Positions 1 through 12,390 are shown, numbered from the stretch's first letter. The stretch is 64,000 nt of DNA from Phaeosaccion multiseriatum (GCA_965112735.1 OZ218951.1:5394001-5458000), one strand, 5' to 3'. Program-made: numbers and translations. The notes: a model not told the origin generated them from the letters alone.

Positions 1-3000
1 GAAGACAAGAGAAGGTAAGGAGGGGAAGGAGAAGACAAGAGAAGGTAAGGAGGGGAAGGAGAAGACAAGAGAAGGTAAGGAGGGGAAGGAGAAGACAAGA
101 GAAGGTAAGGAGGGGAAGGAGAAGACAAGAGAAGGTAAGGAGGGGAAGGAGAAGACAAGAGAAGGTAAGGAGGGGAAGGAGAAGACAAGAGAAGGTAAGG
201 AGGGGAAGGAGAAGACAAGAGAAGGACAAGAGAAGGTAAGGAGGGGAAGGAGAAGACAAGAGAAGGTAAGGAGGGGAAGAAGAAGACAAGAGAAGGTAAG
301 GAGGGGAAGGAGAAGACAAGAGAAGGTAAGGAGGGGAAGAAGAAGACAAGAGAAGGTAAGGAGGGGAAGGAGAAGACAAGAGAAGGTAAGGAGGGGAAGG
401 AGAAGACAAGAGAAGGTAAGGAGGGGAAGGAGAAGACAAGAGAAGGTAAGGAGGGGAAGGAGAAGACAAGAGAAGGTAAGGAGGGGAAGGAGAAGACAAG
501 AGAAGGTAAGGAGGGGAAGAAGAAGACAAGAGAAGGTAAGGAGGGGAAGGAGAAGACAAGAGAAGGTAAGGAGGGGAAGGAGAAGACAAGAGAAGGTAAG
601 GAGGGGAAGGAGAAGACAAGAGAAGGCAAGGAGGGGAAGGAGAAGACAAGAGAAGGTAAGGAGGGGAAGGAGAAGACAAGAGAAGGTAAGGAGGGGAAGG
701 AGAAGACAAGAGAAGGTAAGGAGGGGAAGGAGAAGACAAGAGAAGGTAAGGAGGGGAAGGAGAAGACAAGAGAAGGTAAGGAGGGGAAGTAGAAGACAAG
801 AGAAGGTAAGGAGGGGAAGGAGAAGACAAGAGAAGGTAAGGAGGGGAAGGAGAAGACAAGAGAAGGTAAGGAGGGGAAGGAGAAGACAAGAGAAGGTAAG
901 GAGGGGAAGAAGAAGACAAGAGAAGGTAAGGAGGGGAAGGAGAAGACAAGAGAAGGTAAGGAGGGGAAGGAGAAGACAAGAGAAGGTAAGGAGGGGAAGG
1001 AGAAGACAAGAGAAGGCAAGGAGGGGAAGGAGAAGACAAGAGAAGGTAAGGAGGGGAAGGAGAAGACAAGAGAAGGTAAGGAGGGGAAGGAGAAGACAAG
1101 AGAAGGTAAGGAGGGGAAGAAGAAGACAAGAGAAGGTAAGGAGGGGAAGGAGAAGACAAGAGAAGGTAAGGAGGGGAAGGAGAAGACAAGAGAAGGTAAG
1201 GAGGGGAAGGAGAAGACAAGAGAAGGCAAGGAGGGGAAGGAGAAGACAAGAGAAGGTAAGGAGGGGAAGGAGAAGACAAGAGAAGGTAAGGAGGGGAAGG
1301 AGAAGACAAGAGAAGGTAAGGAGGGGAAGAAGAAGACAAGAGAAGGTAAGAAGGGGAAGGAGAAGACAAGAGAAGGCAAGGAGGGGAAGGAGAAGACAAG
1401 AGAAGGTAAGGAGGGGAAGGAGAAGACAAGAGAAGGTAAGGAGGGGAAGGAGAAGACAAGAGAAGGTAAGGAGGGGAAGGAGAAGACAAGAGAAGGTAAG
1501 GAGGGGAAGGAGAAGACAAGAGAAGGTAAGGAGGGGAAGGAGAAGACAAGAGAAGGGAAGGAGGGGAAGGAGAAGACAAGAGAAGGTAAGGAGGGGAAGG
1601 AGAAGACAAGAGAAGGTAAGGAGGGGAAGGAGAAGACAAGAGAAGGTAAGGAGGGGAAGAAGAAGACAAGAGAAGGTAAGGAGGGGAAGGAGAAGACAAG
1701 AGAAGGTAAGGAGGGGAAGGAGAAGACAAGAGAAGGTAAGGAGGGGAAGGAGAAGACAAGAGAAGGTAAGGAGGGGAAGGAGAAGACAAGAGAAGGTAAG
1801 GAGGGGAAGGAGAAGACAAGAGAAGGTAAGGAGGGGAAGGAGAAGACAAGAGAAGGCAAGGAGGGGAAGGAGAAGACAAGAGAAGGTAAGGAGGGGAAGG
1901 AGAAGACAAGAGAAGGTAAGGAGGGGAAGGAGAAGACAAGAGAAGGTAAGGAGGGGAAGGAGAAGACAAGAGAAGGTAAGGAGGGGAAGGAGAAGACAAG
2001 AGAAGGTAAGGAGGGGAAGAAGAAGACAAGAGAAGGTAAGGAGGGGAAGGAGAAGACAAGAGAAGGTAAGGAGGGGAAGGAGAAGACAAGAGAAGGTAAG
2101 GAGGGGAAGGAGAAGACAAGAGAAGGTAAGGAGGGGAAGGAGAAGACAAGAGAAGGTAAGGAGGGGAAGGAGAAGACAAGAGAAGGTAAGGAGGGGAAGG
2201 AGAAGACAAGAGAAGGTAAGGAGGGGAAGGAGAAGACAAGAGAAGGCAAGGAGGGGAAGGAGAAGACAAGAGAAGGTAAGGAGGGGAAGGAGAAGACAAG
2301 AGAAGGCAAGGAGGGGAAGGAGAAGACAAGAGAAGGTAAGGAGGGGAAGGAGAAGACAAGAGAAGGTAAGGAGGGGAAGGAGAAGACAAGAGAAGGTAAG
2401 GAGGGGAAGGAGAAGACAAGAGAAGGTAAGGAGGGGAAGGAGAAGACAAGAGAAGGTAAGGAGGGGAAGGAGAAGACAAGAGAAGGTAAGGAGGGGAAGG
2501 AGAAGACAAGAGAAGGCAAGGAGGGGAAGGAGAAGACAAGCGAAGGTAAGGAGGGGAAGGAGAAGACAAGAGAAGGCAAGGAGGGGAAGGAGAAGACAAG
2601 AGAAGGTAAGGAGGGGAAGGAGAAGACAAGAGAAGGTAAGGAGGGGAAGGAGAAGACAAGAGAAGGTAAGGAGGGGAAGGAGAAGACAAGAGAAGGTAAG
2701 GAGGGGAAGGAGAAGACAAGAGAAGGTAAGGAGGGGAAGGAGAAGACAAGAGAAGGTAAGGAGGGGAAGGAGAAGACAAGAGAAGGTAAGGAGGGGAAGG
2801 AGAAGACAAGAGAAGGTAAGGAGGGGAAGGAGAAGACAAGAGAAGGTAAGGAGGGGAAGAAGAAGACAGGAGAAGGTAAGGAGGGGAAGGAGAAGACAAG
2901 AGAAGGTAAGGAGGGGAAGGAGAAGACAAGAGAAGGTAAGGAGGGGAAGGAGAAGACAAGAGAAGGTAAGGAGGGGAAGGAGAAGACAAGAGAAGGTAAG

Positions 3001-3013
3001 GAGGGGAAGAAGG
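1..3013. repeat. 30-bp tandem minisatellite (GAAGACAAGAGAAGGTAAGGAGGGGAAGGA) x ~100, runs off window edge
   Basis: Directly visible near-perfect 30-nt period, with point variants (GGCAAG, GAAGAAGAAGAC) and one phase slip near 225. Lies downstream of the donor at 3126, so probably inside an intron of the minus-strand monooxygenase. Confidence 0.97.
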
Positions 3014-3126
3014 TTCTCCCTCCGTCCCTCCGTCCCTCCCTCCCTCCCTCTCTCTCTCCCCATGCCTATGGAGGGCACACTCTATTCCCCTCCACTCTTC
3101 CTCCCTCCCTCTCCCTCCCTCCGTAC

Positions 3127-3778
3127 CTGCGATGGCCGTGTCTGCCTTCTTAGTGGTGACGGTCAGCACTGCTCCCTCTCTGTCGATGGACGCACACTCC
3201 ACCCCAAACACTACTTGAATCACTTCCGAATACTTGGAGCACACCTCCTGCGCAAATTGGAAATTGGAGGGGGGGGGCGGGGGGGTGGATGGTGGATGGA
3301 TGTCGACGATTCAGTTTGATCAATAGACCCACCCACTGCTAAGCCAGCTAGAAATTGCAAAATCAACAAGAGAGGTTGCAATCAAGAGGTCAGTCAGTCA
3401 GTCAGTCAGTCAGTCAGTCAGTCAGTCAGTCAGTCAGTCAGTCAGTCAGTCAGTCGGGTCGGCACACGCAACGTGAGAAAGAGAGGTAAAACATCACCAC
3501 ACAGTTCACGAGAAGGAGGGGGCCTTCATTTAGTGGGCATTTTATGTTCGTCGTCTTGGGCCTCCAAACTCTACCCAGGTGAGGGCCCACATTGTTGTGG
3601 GGCCGTGCCGATCTTACGTGACACCACGTACCTGGTACAGAACGTCGAGAAACGTCCTTCGAGGGATCCAATAAGCTGTCTTGCTGTGGAGGGACAAAGG
3701 GGGGGGGGGGGTGCAGGGGCGTACATCAGAGGGAAGGTGACGCACTTCACTTTGAGAGGGAGAGAGAGAGAAAGAGAA

Positions 3779-3826
<48 letters not shown>

Positions 3827-5542
3827 AGAGAGAGAGAGAGAGAGAGAAAGAAGAGGGGGGGGGGCTCCAGAGGGAGGGGCGTGCAGCAGAGGGAGCGCAG
3901 CAGTTGGTGCTACAGCACAGAGGCTGGTTGGCCTGTGAGTGTGGATCTGTGGAGCACTGCTCCGAGCACTGCTCACCGTGTGCTGTCAATGATGGGCATG
4001 GTAGTCTCTTTGGTGAGGTCAGTCGTGTCCTTCTCCAGCCGAATCAGCCTAAATTCGTCACTCGACACGCTCACACTCGCCAGCTTGCCTGCCAAGGAGC
4101 ACAAGGAGAGAGAGATGCACGCAGAGAGGAGGGGGGGGGGGTGGAGAGAAAGAGACAGGGGGGGGGTGGAGGATGGAGAGAAAGAGAGAAAACAGAGACA
4201 CAGAGGGGGAGAGAGAGAGAGGGAGAGGGCGGTGGGGTGAGCTCCCACCTGCTCCCATCCTCCCCCTCTCATTGGAGGAATTGCACCTCACGTCCTCCCT
4301 CTCTCCTTGCAGGCGTTGCATGGGTCAGGGGTGGCCCTCCCGCCCCTATCCTCCTGCCAAGGGAAGGTGCGGCACAAGCACCACCACAACCACCCGCCCC
4401 CCCCCCGGTCTGCTCCTTGCCCTCTCATCTCGACCGCTCAGTCCACATGGGGATGGAGTCTTCGCACGCACATCCCCCTCACCCCTTAGCCTTGATCGCT
4501 CCGAAAGCGCGTGACGCCCCCCCCCCGCGCAAGACCCCCAAGCCTATCCAGTATCTATCCAGTATCTATCCAGTATCTATCCAGTATCTATCCAGTATCT
4601 ATCCAGTATCTATCCAGTATCTATCCAGTATCTATCCAGTATCTATCCAGTATCTATCCAGTATCTATCCAGTATCTATCCAGTATCTATCCAGTATCTA
4701 TCCAGTATCTATCCATTTTTTTGTCCACTATCTATCCAGTATCTATCCAGTATCTATCCAGTATCTATCCAGTATCTACCCAGTGGCAGTCCACCCCACG
4801 CCTTCGTACCTGTCAGTCCAGCGAAGTCCGTGAACTTCTGCCCCCGTCCGTCGATGTTATACACAAAGTCTTTGTCGGGCTCGTAGTACTCTGTCACGGG
4901 AGGACAACAGGGAGGGAGAGGGAGAAGGAGAGGGACACGGGGAGGGAGAGTGAGCCCGGAGCACCAATGGTGTGGACACTCCTGCGCACCTCGACCCCAG
5001 GACAGACCAACGCTGGTCGGCTCAGGACAGACCAACGCTGGTCGGCTCTGCTCAGTAGTCACGGGAAGGGAACTTCCCCACGCCCTGTCGTAACTTGCCC
5101 CGCAACCACCCTTCTTCTTGATTCAATCATTGCTCCCCCACCTCTCACCAGCATTGGGTCTCTTCTCCAGCACGGTGATACTGGTATAGCCTCTCTTCGC
5201 CAGCATAATCGCAGCCGCAAGGCCTGCTGGACCTCCCCCCACAATGACGACCCCTTCTTTATCGCCCTGTCCCTCTTCGCCGCCACCTTGCATGCCTGTC
5301 GAGAACAGGCCCTTGAAAAAAGAAGGCGAACGCCGCTCTTCCCAGCCCCCCTGTCCCCGTCTTCCGCCTCTCGGCCATTGCGCCACTCGTCCAACTGCGT
5401 CAGTGGGTGTTGCGGCTGCTCCTCCTGCTGCTCGCCTCGCCTCTACTCCCACTCCAAAAGAGCCTTGGCTGAACGACGCTGCGCAGCGAAGAAATAGTAG
5501 CGAGGTTATTAGCAGCAGGTGCAGATGCTGATGCTGCGGCAT
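3127..5542 (-). CDS. FAD-dependent monooxygenase (kynurenine 3-monooxygenase/UbiH-like), 5' part, probably plastid-targeted; continues left of window
   Basis: ATG 5542, signal peptide ending CAASF. Rossmann motif VVIVGGGPAGLAAAIMLAKRGY..VLEKR. Further GT-AG exons: EYYEPDKDFVYNIDGRGQ (~4811-4891), GKLASVSVSS (~3976-4090), TAYWIPRRTFLDVLYQ (~3631-3683), EVCSKYSEVIQVVFGVEC (3127-~3250). Confidence 0.8.
4544..4783. repeat. 11-bp tandem repeat (CTATCCAGTAT)n in an intron
   Basis: Directly visible; the IQYLSSIYPVS ORFs are its by-product. Confidence 0.95.
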
Positions 5543-5920
5543 TTTTTTTTTTTCCTTTTCGCTGCTGTGAAGGAAGACTGTGATTTGGCGAACCAACAGG
5601 TGAAGGAAGACTGTTATTGACTTAATAGGAATCGGCTGCTGTGAAGGAAGCTCGGCGACGGTCCCTTCCCCCTCTTCTTGGTGGTGGCCGCCACAGGCCC
5701 ATTATCGAGGCCATCGCACCTATTCAGCGGCCTCTTGCGTTGGTAGGGCGCCATTTTGCCACACTATCTCTTCTCGAAGGGGCGGCCTTCTTGCCTAAAA
5801 GTAAAAATTATCTGACTCCCCCTGATCCGGACCCCCCCCCCTGTCGTGTTCCAGACGCACAGAGGGAGCAGCGAACAAAAGGCGAGAAGCACGACGCACA
5901 TCTCTTGCGGGGGTGGTGGG

Positions 5921-8046
5921 ATGGCGTTTGCGTGCTACTGCAAAAGGTCGCGCGTTTTAAGCACCTTTATTAACGTGAGCAGCCTGTACCGAACAATGGC
6001 ATTCTCTTCGTCAGCAGCAGCAGCAGCAGCAGGAGCATCGGCAGCATCAGCAGCAGCAGCAGCAGCAGCAGCAGTGGGGAAGAGCGCCCCGCCCATCGTC
6101 GATGTCGCTATCTGTGGGACGGGCATCTCCGGCTGCTATCTTGCTCATCGCCTCGGTAAGTGGGACGTCCCAATCAGGAAGGGAAGCTGCTCTGCCTGCG
6201 CCCTTGACCCTCGCAATCTTCCCTAAACTCGCTTGGCACAGCATCTCAGGGCTTGCGCGTTGCCTCCTTCGAGATCGGGCGCGGTCCAGGTGGGCGCAGC
6301 AGTTCTCGAGACCATGGAGGGCTCATCTTCGACCACGGAGCCCAGTTCATCCCAAACCCAGGCCAAGGCGGCGGCAGCAGCAGCAGCACAGCAGAGCAGG
6401 CGGCCGTGTTTACAGAGGTCCTCGAAGAGTGGCTGGAGGATGGAAAGATAGACTATTGGCACGGGAGATTCGGCATCATTGTGGACGACGGTGAGCAGAG
6501 GCGCGAGAGGGCCTTGAAGTCTTGGTCCACAGCGAACGGAATCGAATGGAATCACTCGAGAGCTTCCCGTGGCGGCAGAATGCCGGAGCAGTAATGTGTA
6601 TCTGCGGCCTTTTGCTGAAGGGCCTCTCCCCTCTCTCCCTTCCCCCCTCCTGCCTCCCCTCCGCCTTTCAAGCAGGGACTTTCGTTCCTCAGGAGCAGCC
6701 CGCCAAGCTCGTGGGAATGCCGTCCATGGGTGGTCTCTGTGCCTCCTTGCTGGACTCTAGCAGCGCAGGTAGAGAGGGAGAGAGGAGGGGGAGGGGGAGA
6801 GGGAGAGAGAGATCAGGGAGAGAGAAGGAGAGGGAGAGGGAGAGGGAGAGAGAGTTTTGCACCTTGCAGGCTCTCCACACAGAGCTTGACAGCGATTGAG
6901 AAGAGAGAGAGAGAGAGAGAGATGGCGATGAGGAAGATGGAGAATGAGAGAGAGAGAGAGGGACAGCGACAGAGAAAAGAGAGCGAGAGAGAGGCAGACA
7001 GGCGCCGGTATTGACTCACGGCCCAAGGTCCGGCCTGTCTTGTCCGTCTTTCCCCCTCCTGACCGCGCTCTCTCTCTTCTCCTCCTCCTCCTCCTCCTCC
7101 TCCTCCTCCTCCTCCTCCATGCACATCACTAGACTGTAAGGGAAGCATCGAAAGCCGCTTCAAATGCAAGGCCATCGGCAGATGGGACGAGAACAGCAGC
7201 ATGTGGGTGGTTTCTTCCCCCCCCGCAACGGATGGGGCCGGCGCGGAGGACAAGCAAGAGGAAGGGGAGGTCCTTTGTCATAGCAAGGTGCTCGTGGCGG
7301 CCGATCGACTGAGTGGCTTGTCGAGGAGAGACGACTTGGAAGGGCAGGAGCTGGGGGCGTACAAGGAAGTGGCGGCGGAGGTAGAGTCAGATGTGACCAT
7401 CGTCTTGATGCTGTCGTTCCCCTCCAAGCTACATCAAGTACCCTTCGACGGCGTGCGTGTGTTGCCGGCCCGACAAGAGGAGAAGGAGAAGGAGGAGGAG
7501 GAGGAGGAGGAGGAGGAAGAAGAGGCAAAGGCCAGGAGGCCGAGGCTCGCACCGATAGATTGGATAGCCCGTGATGGAAGCAAGCCGGGGAGGAGCCGTG
7601 CAGACGGCGCAGAGAACTGGGTCATACACAGCACCAACTCGTTTGCCAAAGAGCACTTGGCCATCAGCGACGCGAGGGGCGAGTCCAGGTTGGAGATGCT
7701 GGCCAGGGTAGAGCCCCTCTTGCTCGACGCCTTTAAGGCTGCCGTGCAGCCCTACTTTAGTGGTCCCCAAGCGACTGAGTCAGCCGACGAGGAGGGGAAG
7801 GAGGGGGGATTAGAGGATATGCCCGAGCCCACATTTGTCAAATCGCACCGATGGGGGGCGGCCTTCCCCCGTTACGCCGGCGCCGGGCAGCGGCCCTGCC
7901 TAGTTCAAGAGGACCGCTCCTTCGTGGCGGTGGGGGACTACCTGCTGGGGAGGGACGTGCAGAGCGCCGTGCTGAGCGCGGATGCGGCGGTGGGGCCCAT
8001 CACTCGGCTCCTCTCGGACAGGTTGCAGCCGGCCTCGTCCTTGTGA
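5921..8046 (+). CDS. Renalase-like NAD(P)/FAD-dependent oxidoreductase, 4 exons
   Basis: DVAICGTGISG, FEIGRGPGGRSSSR, FDHGAQF, VGMPSMGGLC, WIARDGSKPGR, NWVIHST, SHRWGAAFP, VGDY...VQSAVLS. Exons ~5921/5996-6155, 6250-6490, 6675-6768, 7133-8046. Confidence 0.88.
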
Positions 8047-8780
8047 GGAGGAGATTATTGATACCTCTCGGACAGGCAGAAGCCGGCCTCTTCCTTATTG
8101 ATAGTAGGGATTTTCCTTGTGGCGGAGGAGGGATATCGAGGACGAGAAGAAGTCGAAAGAAAGAAAATGAGAAAATTGAAAGAAAAAAAATGGATGTAGG
8201 AGAAAAGGAACAGACCAAAAATGGATGTGGGAGGAAGAGGGAAGGGGAGGAAGAAGAGGAAGATGGTTGGGAGAAGGAAAAAAAAAATGGATGCTCCTGC
8301 TGCTACAACTGCTGCTATTGCATCTGCCGCTTCACCATCAACTTCCTCCTTCTGCTAATCAAGCACAGAACCGATGGAGGTGCTGGTACTTGTGCTGCCC
8401 AGGGTCTGCGCTCCTCCCCGCGTCGCCAAGTCCACGCTTTCCCTTCCTTCCTGAAAGAAGCGACGGCAGCCAGCCTGGCCCTCGCTGCCTGCTGCAGGGC
8501 CTGCTGCGACCAAACCAAGCAAGAACACTGCCGTTGAAGCTTGCTTCATGAGTGAATTAGTGCCCTGCAAAAGGATGAGCCGATGCAGGAGAAAGCAGGG
8601 ACTAAGAAGCTCATTAAGGTTTCTCCCTCTCTGTCTGAAGGTCAATCGCCCCCCCGGGGTCGGAGCGCAGGAGCTGAAACTCAAATATTTTATTTTCCCG
8701 CGTGCCAAACCCATCGAGATAGCAGCCCCCTCGCTCGCCCGGTGGAGGAGCTGCGGCGGAGGCGCGACCGGGGGCTCGAC

Positions 8781-11700
8781 ATGGAGACGGTGATGGCGGC
8801 TGGGGAGGCCCAATCCAGGAAAGAGAAGGGGGAGGAAGGCAGCGGACCAGCCTTTGTCAAGTGCCCCCTCTCTTCGGGAGCGGAGGCCCACGCCCCTTCC
8901 CCGCCGCACACTCTCAGCGACGACTCGGAGAGCGGGATGGACGTCGACGGAGCTGCCCACGGGGAGGAGCTATCCAGGAAAGAGAAGGGGGAGGAAGGCA
9001 GCGGACCAGCCTTTGTCAAGTGCCCCCTCTCTTCGGGAGCGGAGGCCCACGCCCCTTCCCCGCCGCACACTCTCAGCGACGACTCGGAGAGCGGGATGGA
9101 CGTCGACGGAGCTGCCCACGGGGAGGAGCTATCCCAGCCGATGTCGCAGCTTTCCGTGCACGAGGGGGCTGGGGAGCAAAGGGCCGGGCGGAAGAGGCCG
9201 CGACTAGTAGTAGGGTCAGGGGACGAGTCCAACGGCAGGTCCCTCGCGGACGCCACAGACACGGAGGGCTCGGACAGCACCGGTCTCGACCTTGTCTTGT
9301 CGTGCCACTCGCAGATGGACGAGGAGATGGGTCCTGGCACCCCGGCCTTCAGGGATTTGTTTGGCAACATCAATGTCCAAGGCATGAACGGCGCGCTCCG
9401 GACTGTGATTGAGAAGGCGCTCATCCCGGCGCATGGGGGGCTGGACAATATCTTCGCCTTCTTTGTGACAATGCAGTACAGCCCTGACAAAAGAGGTGGC
9501 AAGTATCAGCACCTCCTCGAGTTTCTGCAAAACGTCGAGGCCGAGGGGAGCGACATGACGGAGGGGGTGAAGCTGGCCATGTTTGCCGCCAGTATCGAGC
9601 CGAAGAAGACGGGCCAACCCCACGCCCATGCTATCGTGGTCCTGTGCAGTGTCGGGGGCACAAACGTGTACGCAGGAGCACGCAAGTGGACGCAGGAGCT
9701 CCAGCGGCGGTGGGTGGAGCACGGAGGCTCAGCGGCCTTCAGTCGGTTCCGGCCCCAGCCCATCACCAATCTCGGGGCAGACTTCATGGCCCATATCATC
9801 ATCGTCGTACTAATCTACATATGGTCCAAGACCGGGAAGCTCCTCGGAGTGTTCTGGGCGGTCGAGTTGGACATTCCGGTGAACGCCATCGGCCTGCCAG
9901 TCTTTTATATAGCCCTCGAGGAAAACTCCTGGATGCCCGTCCTCAACCGTCAGGACCATCGGCAGCTCTTCGCCGCTTGCCTCGCCTTCTCGACGCAACC
10001 TTTGGGAGCTCGCGGTACGCCGACTTCTGCGGACGGCATGTCCGCCGGAGGTTCCGCCGGAGGTTAGTTCCTCTCTCGTCGCTTGTCTTAGTGCACTTTG
10101 CTTTTTGGGGCGCCGGGGCGATTGTGGAGATCTTCGCTGATTTGGCTGGTGCACTTGTCGAGGCGGTTGGCTCACTCTGTCTCTCCATCTCTCACAGGTT
10201 CGACTCTTCTCTCGGCGGATGAGCGGAAGTCAAGGGGCCTCAACAACGCTGACAAGTCCACCTCCCAGCTCAAGGCGGATGGTGGTGAGTCGTGTCTCTC
10301 GTCCACTGTTCCCCCTCCCCATCTCGTCCTGTCGCTCCCCCGGCTTGCCTGGCTGCCTCCCCCTCCCGGCCGGCTCGCCCTTGACGAGCGAGTGTCGCCT
10401 TGGCTGGGCGCCGGGGGATCGAAGAGACAGGCTAGGCAGGTGCACTTTGCTTTTTGGTTGACTCACTTATCCTCTCTTCTCTCTTCTTCTGCAGCGACAT
10501 CGTGCGCGCTGTGTCACTCCAATGAGAACGGCCCCCCCGGGAAGCTCGAGGACGGCTCGGATTGCACGAAGCCACACTACACGTCCCGAGGTGAGTATAG
10601 CCTAGCGTCGTGTCTCTCGTCCACTGTTCCCCCTCCCCATCTCGTCCTGTCGCTCCCTCCCCCGGCTTGCCTGGCTGCCTCCCCCTCCCGGCCGGCTCGC
10701 CCTTGACGAGCGAGTGTCGCCTTGGGCGCCGGGGGATCGAAGAGACAGGCTAGGCATGTGCACTTTGCTTTTTGGGGCGCCGGGGCGATTGTGGAGATCT
10801 TCGCTGATTTGGCTGGTGCACTTGTCGAGGCGGTTGGCTCACTCTGTCTCTCCATCTCTCACAGGTTCGATTCTTCTCTCGGCGGATGAGCGGAAGTCAA
10901 GGGGCCTCAAGAACGCTGACAAGTCCACCTCCCAGCTCAAGGCGGATGCTGGTGAGTCGTGTCTCTCGTCCACTGTTCCCCCTCCCCATCTCGTCCTGTC
11001 GCTCCCTCCCCCGGCTTGCCTGCCTCCCCCTCCCGGCCGGCTCGCCCTTGACGAGCGAGTGTCGCCTTGGGCGCCGGGGGATCGAAGAGACAGGCTAGGC
11101 AGGTGCACTTTGCTTTTTGGTTGACTCACTTATCCTCTCTTCTCTCTTCTTCTGCAGCGACATCGTGCGCGCTGTGTCACTCCAATGAGAACGGCCCCCC
11201 CGGGAAGCTCGAGGACGGCTCGGATTGCACGAAGCCACACTACACGTCCCGAGGTGAGTATAGCCTAGCGTCGTGTCTCTCGTCCACTGTTCCCCCTCCC
11301 CATCTCGTCCTGTCGCTCCCTCCCCCGGCTTGCCTGGCTGCCTCCCCCTCCCGGCCGGCTCGCCCTTGACGAGCGAGTGTCGCCTTGGGCGCCGGGGGAT
11401 CGAAGAGACAGGCTAGGCAGGTGCACTTTGCTTTTTGGGGCGCCGGGGCGATTGTGGAGATCCTCGCTGATTTGGCTGGTGCACTTGTCGAGGCGGTTGG
11501 CTCACTCTGTCTCTCCATCTCTCACAGGTTCGATTCTTCTCTCGGCGGATGAGCGGAAGTCAAGGGGCCTCAACAACGCTGACAAGTCCACCTCCCAGCT
11601 CAAGGCGGATGCTGGTGAGTCGTGTCTCTCGTCCACTGTTCCCCCTCCCCATCTCGTCCTGTCCCTCCCCCGGCTTGCCTGGCTGCCTCCCCCTCCCGGC

Positions 11701-12390
11701 CGGCTCGCCCTTGACGAGCGAGTGTCGCCTTGGGCGCCGGGGGATCGAAGAGACAGGCTAGGCAGGTGCACTTTGCTTTTTGGTTGACTCACTTATCCTC
11801 TCTTCTCTCTTCTTCTGCAGCGACATCGTGCGCGCTGTGTCACTCCGATGAGAACGGCCCCCCCGGGAAGCTCGAGGACGGCTCGGATTGCACGAAGCCA
11901 CACTACACGTCCCGAGGTGAGTATAGCCTACCCAACTCGTCTTCCCACTCCAGATCTCCACTGTTCCCTCTCCGTTAGCGCCCTCGCTCCTGGTGAGGAA
12001 ATCTCCTCTTCGCTGTCGACTCGACTAATGTTGTATTCCCGTCCTCGTGCAGCCTCCAAGCGCGTGACGACTGGAGAGAGCAGGCTCTTCCGAGCCCAGG
12101 GTCGCACCGTTCGATTCAAGTTCTTCCGGAATTGTGGCAAGTGCCGGGCTGAGGGAAAGCTGAGGTGGTCGCGGACTTCGGGGAATGGTCCTACGCGGGG
12201 GTTTCAGCTCATGACGCGGGGCTGCAGAACCGGCCATAGCGAAGACTGCCACATGGACCAGAGGGAGTTCGGGACGGGCGATTCAGCAGTGGGGCAGACC
12301 GGCTTTGAGATGTGGACAGAAAATGGGGAATGGCAGGAGATTGGCGACCGCACCGCCCTTGAGAGGCTCTTCCCGCGGCCTGAGATGTAG
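8781..12390 (+). CDS. HUH (Rep-like, rolling-circle) endonuclease with C-terminal array of four C-x2-C...C-x3-H putative zinc fingers; 8 exons, 722 aa, no helicase domain
   Basis: Motif I-like FFVTM (9459-9473), motif II E-PKKTGQP-HAH-AIVVL (HAH 9621-9629), motif III-like YIWSKT (Y 9816). Exons 8781-10062, 10198-10284, 10495-10590, 10865-10951, 11158-11253, 11528-11614, 11821-11916, 12053-12390. All introns are GT-AG phase 1; spliced length 2169 nt with a single terminal stop. Confidence 0.65.
8813..9134 (+). repeat. Perfect in-frame 159-bp tandem duplication in Rep exon 1
   Basis: Copies start at 8813 and 8972 (53-aa repeat SRKEKGEEGSGPAFVKCPL...GEEL). Confidence 0.95.
10091..11930 (+). repeat. 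~663-667-bp tandem triplication, each unit carrying an 87-nt and a 96-nt exon
   Basis: Units start 10091, 10758, 11421 and are near-identical. A ~170-bp intron core recurs at ~10291, 10609, 10958, 11272, 11621. Confidence 0.95.

Noticed and set aside
5561-5651. CRISPR-like repeat-spacer pattern
   Set aside because: Repeats only 10-19 bp, three copies, irregular spacing, no cas genes, eukaryotic context.
8010-8096. Degenerate ~54-bp duplication of the renalase 3' end
   Set aside because: Ordinary micro-duplication in a UTR with no evident function.
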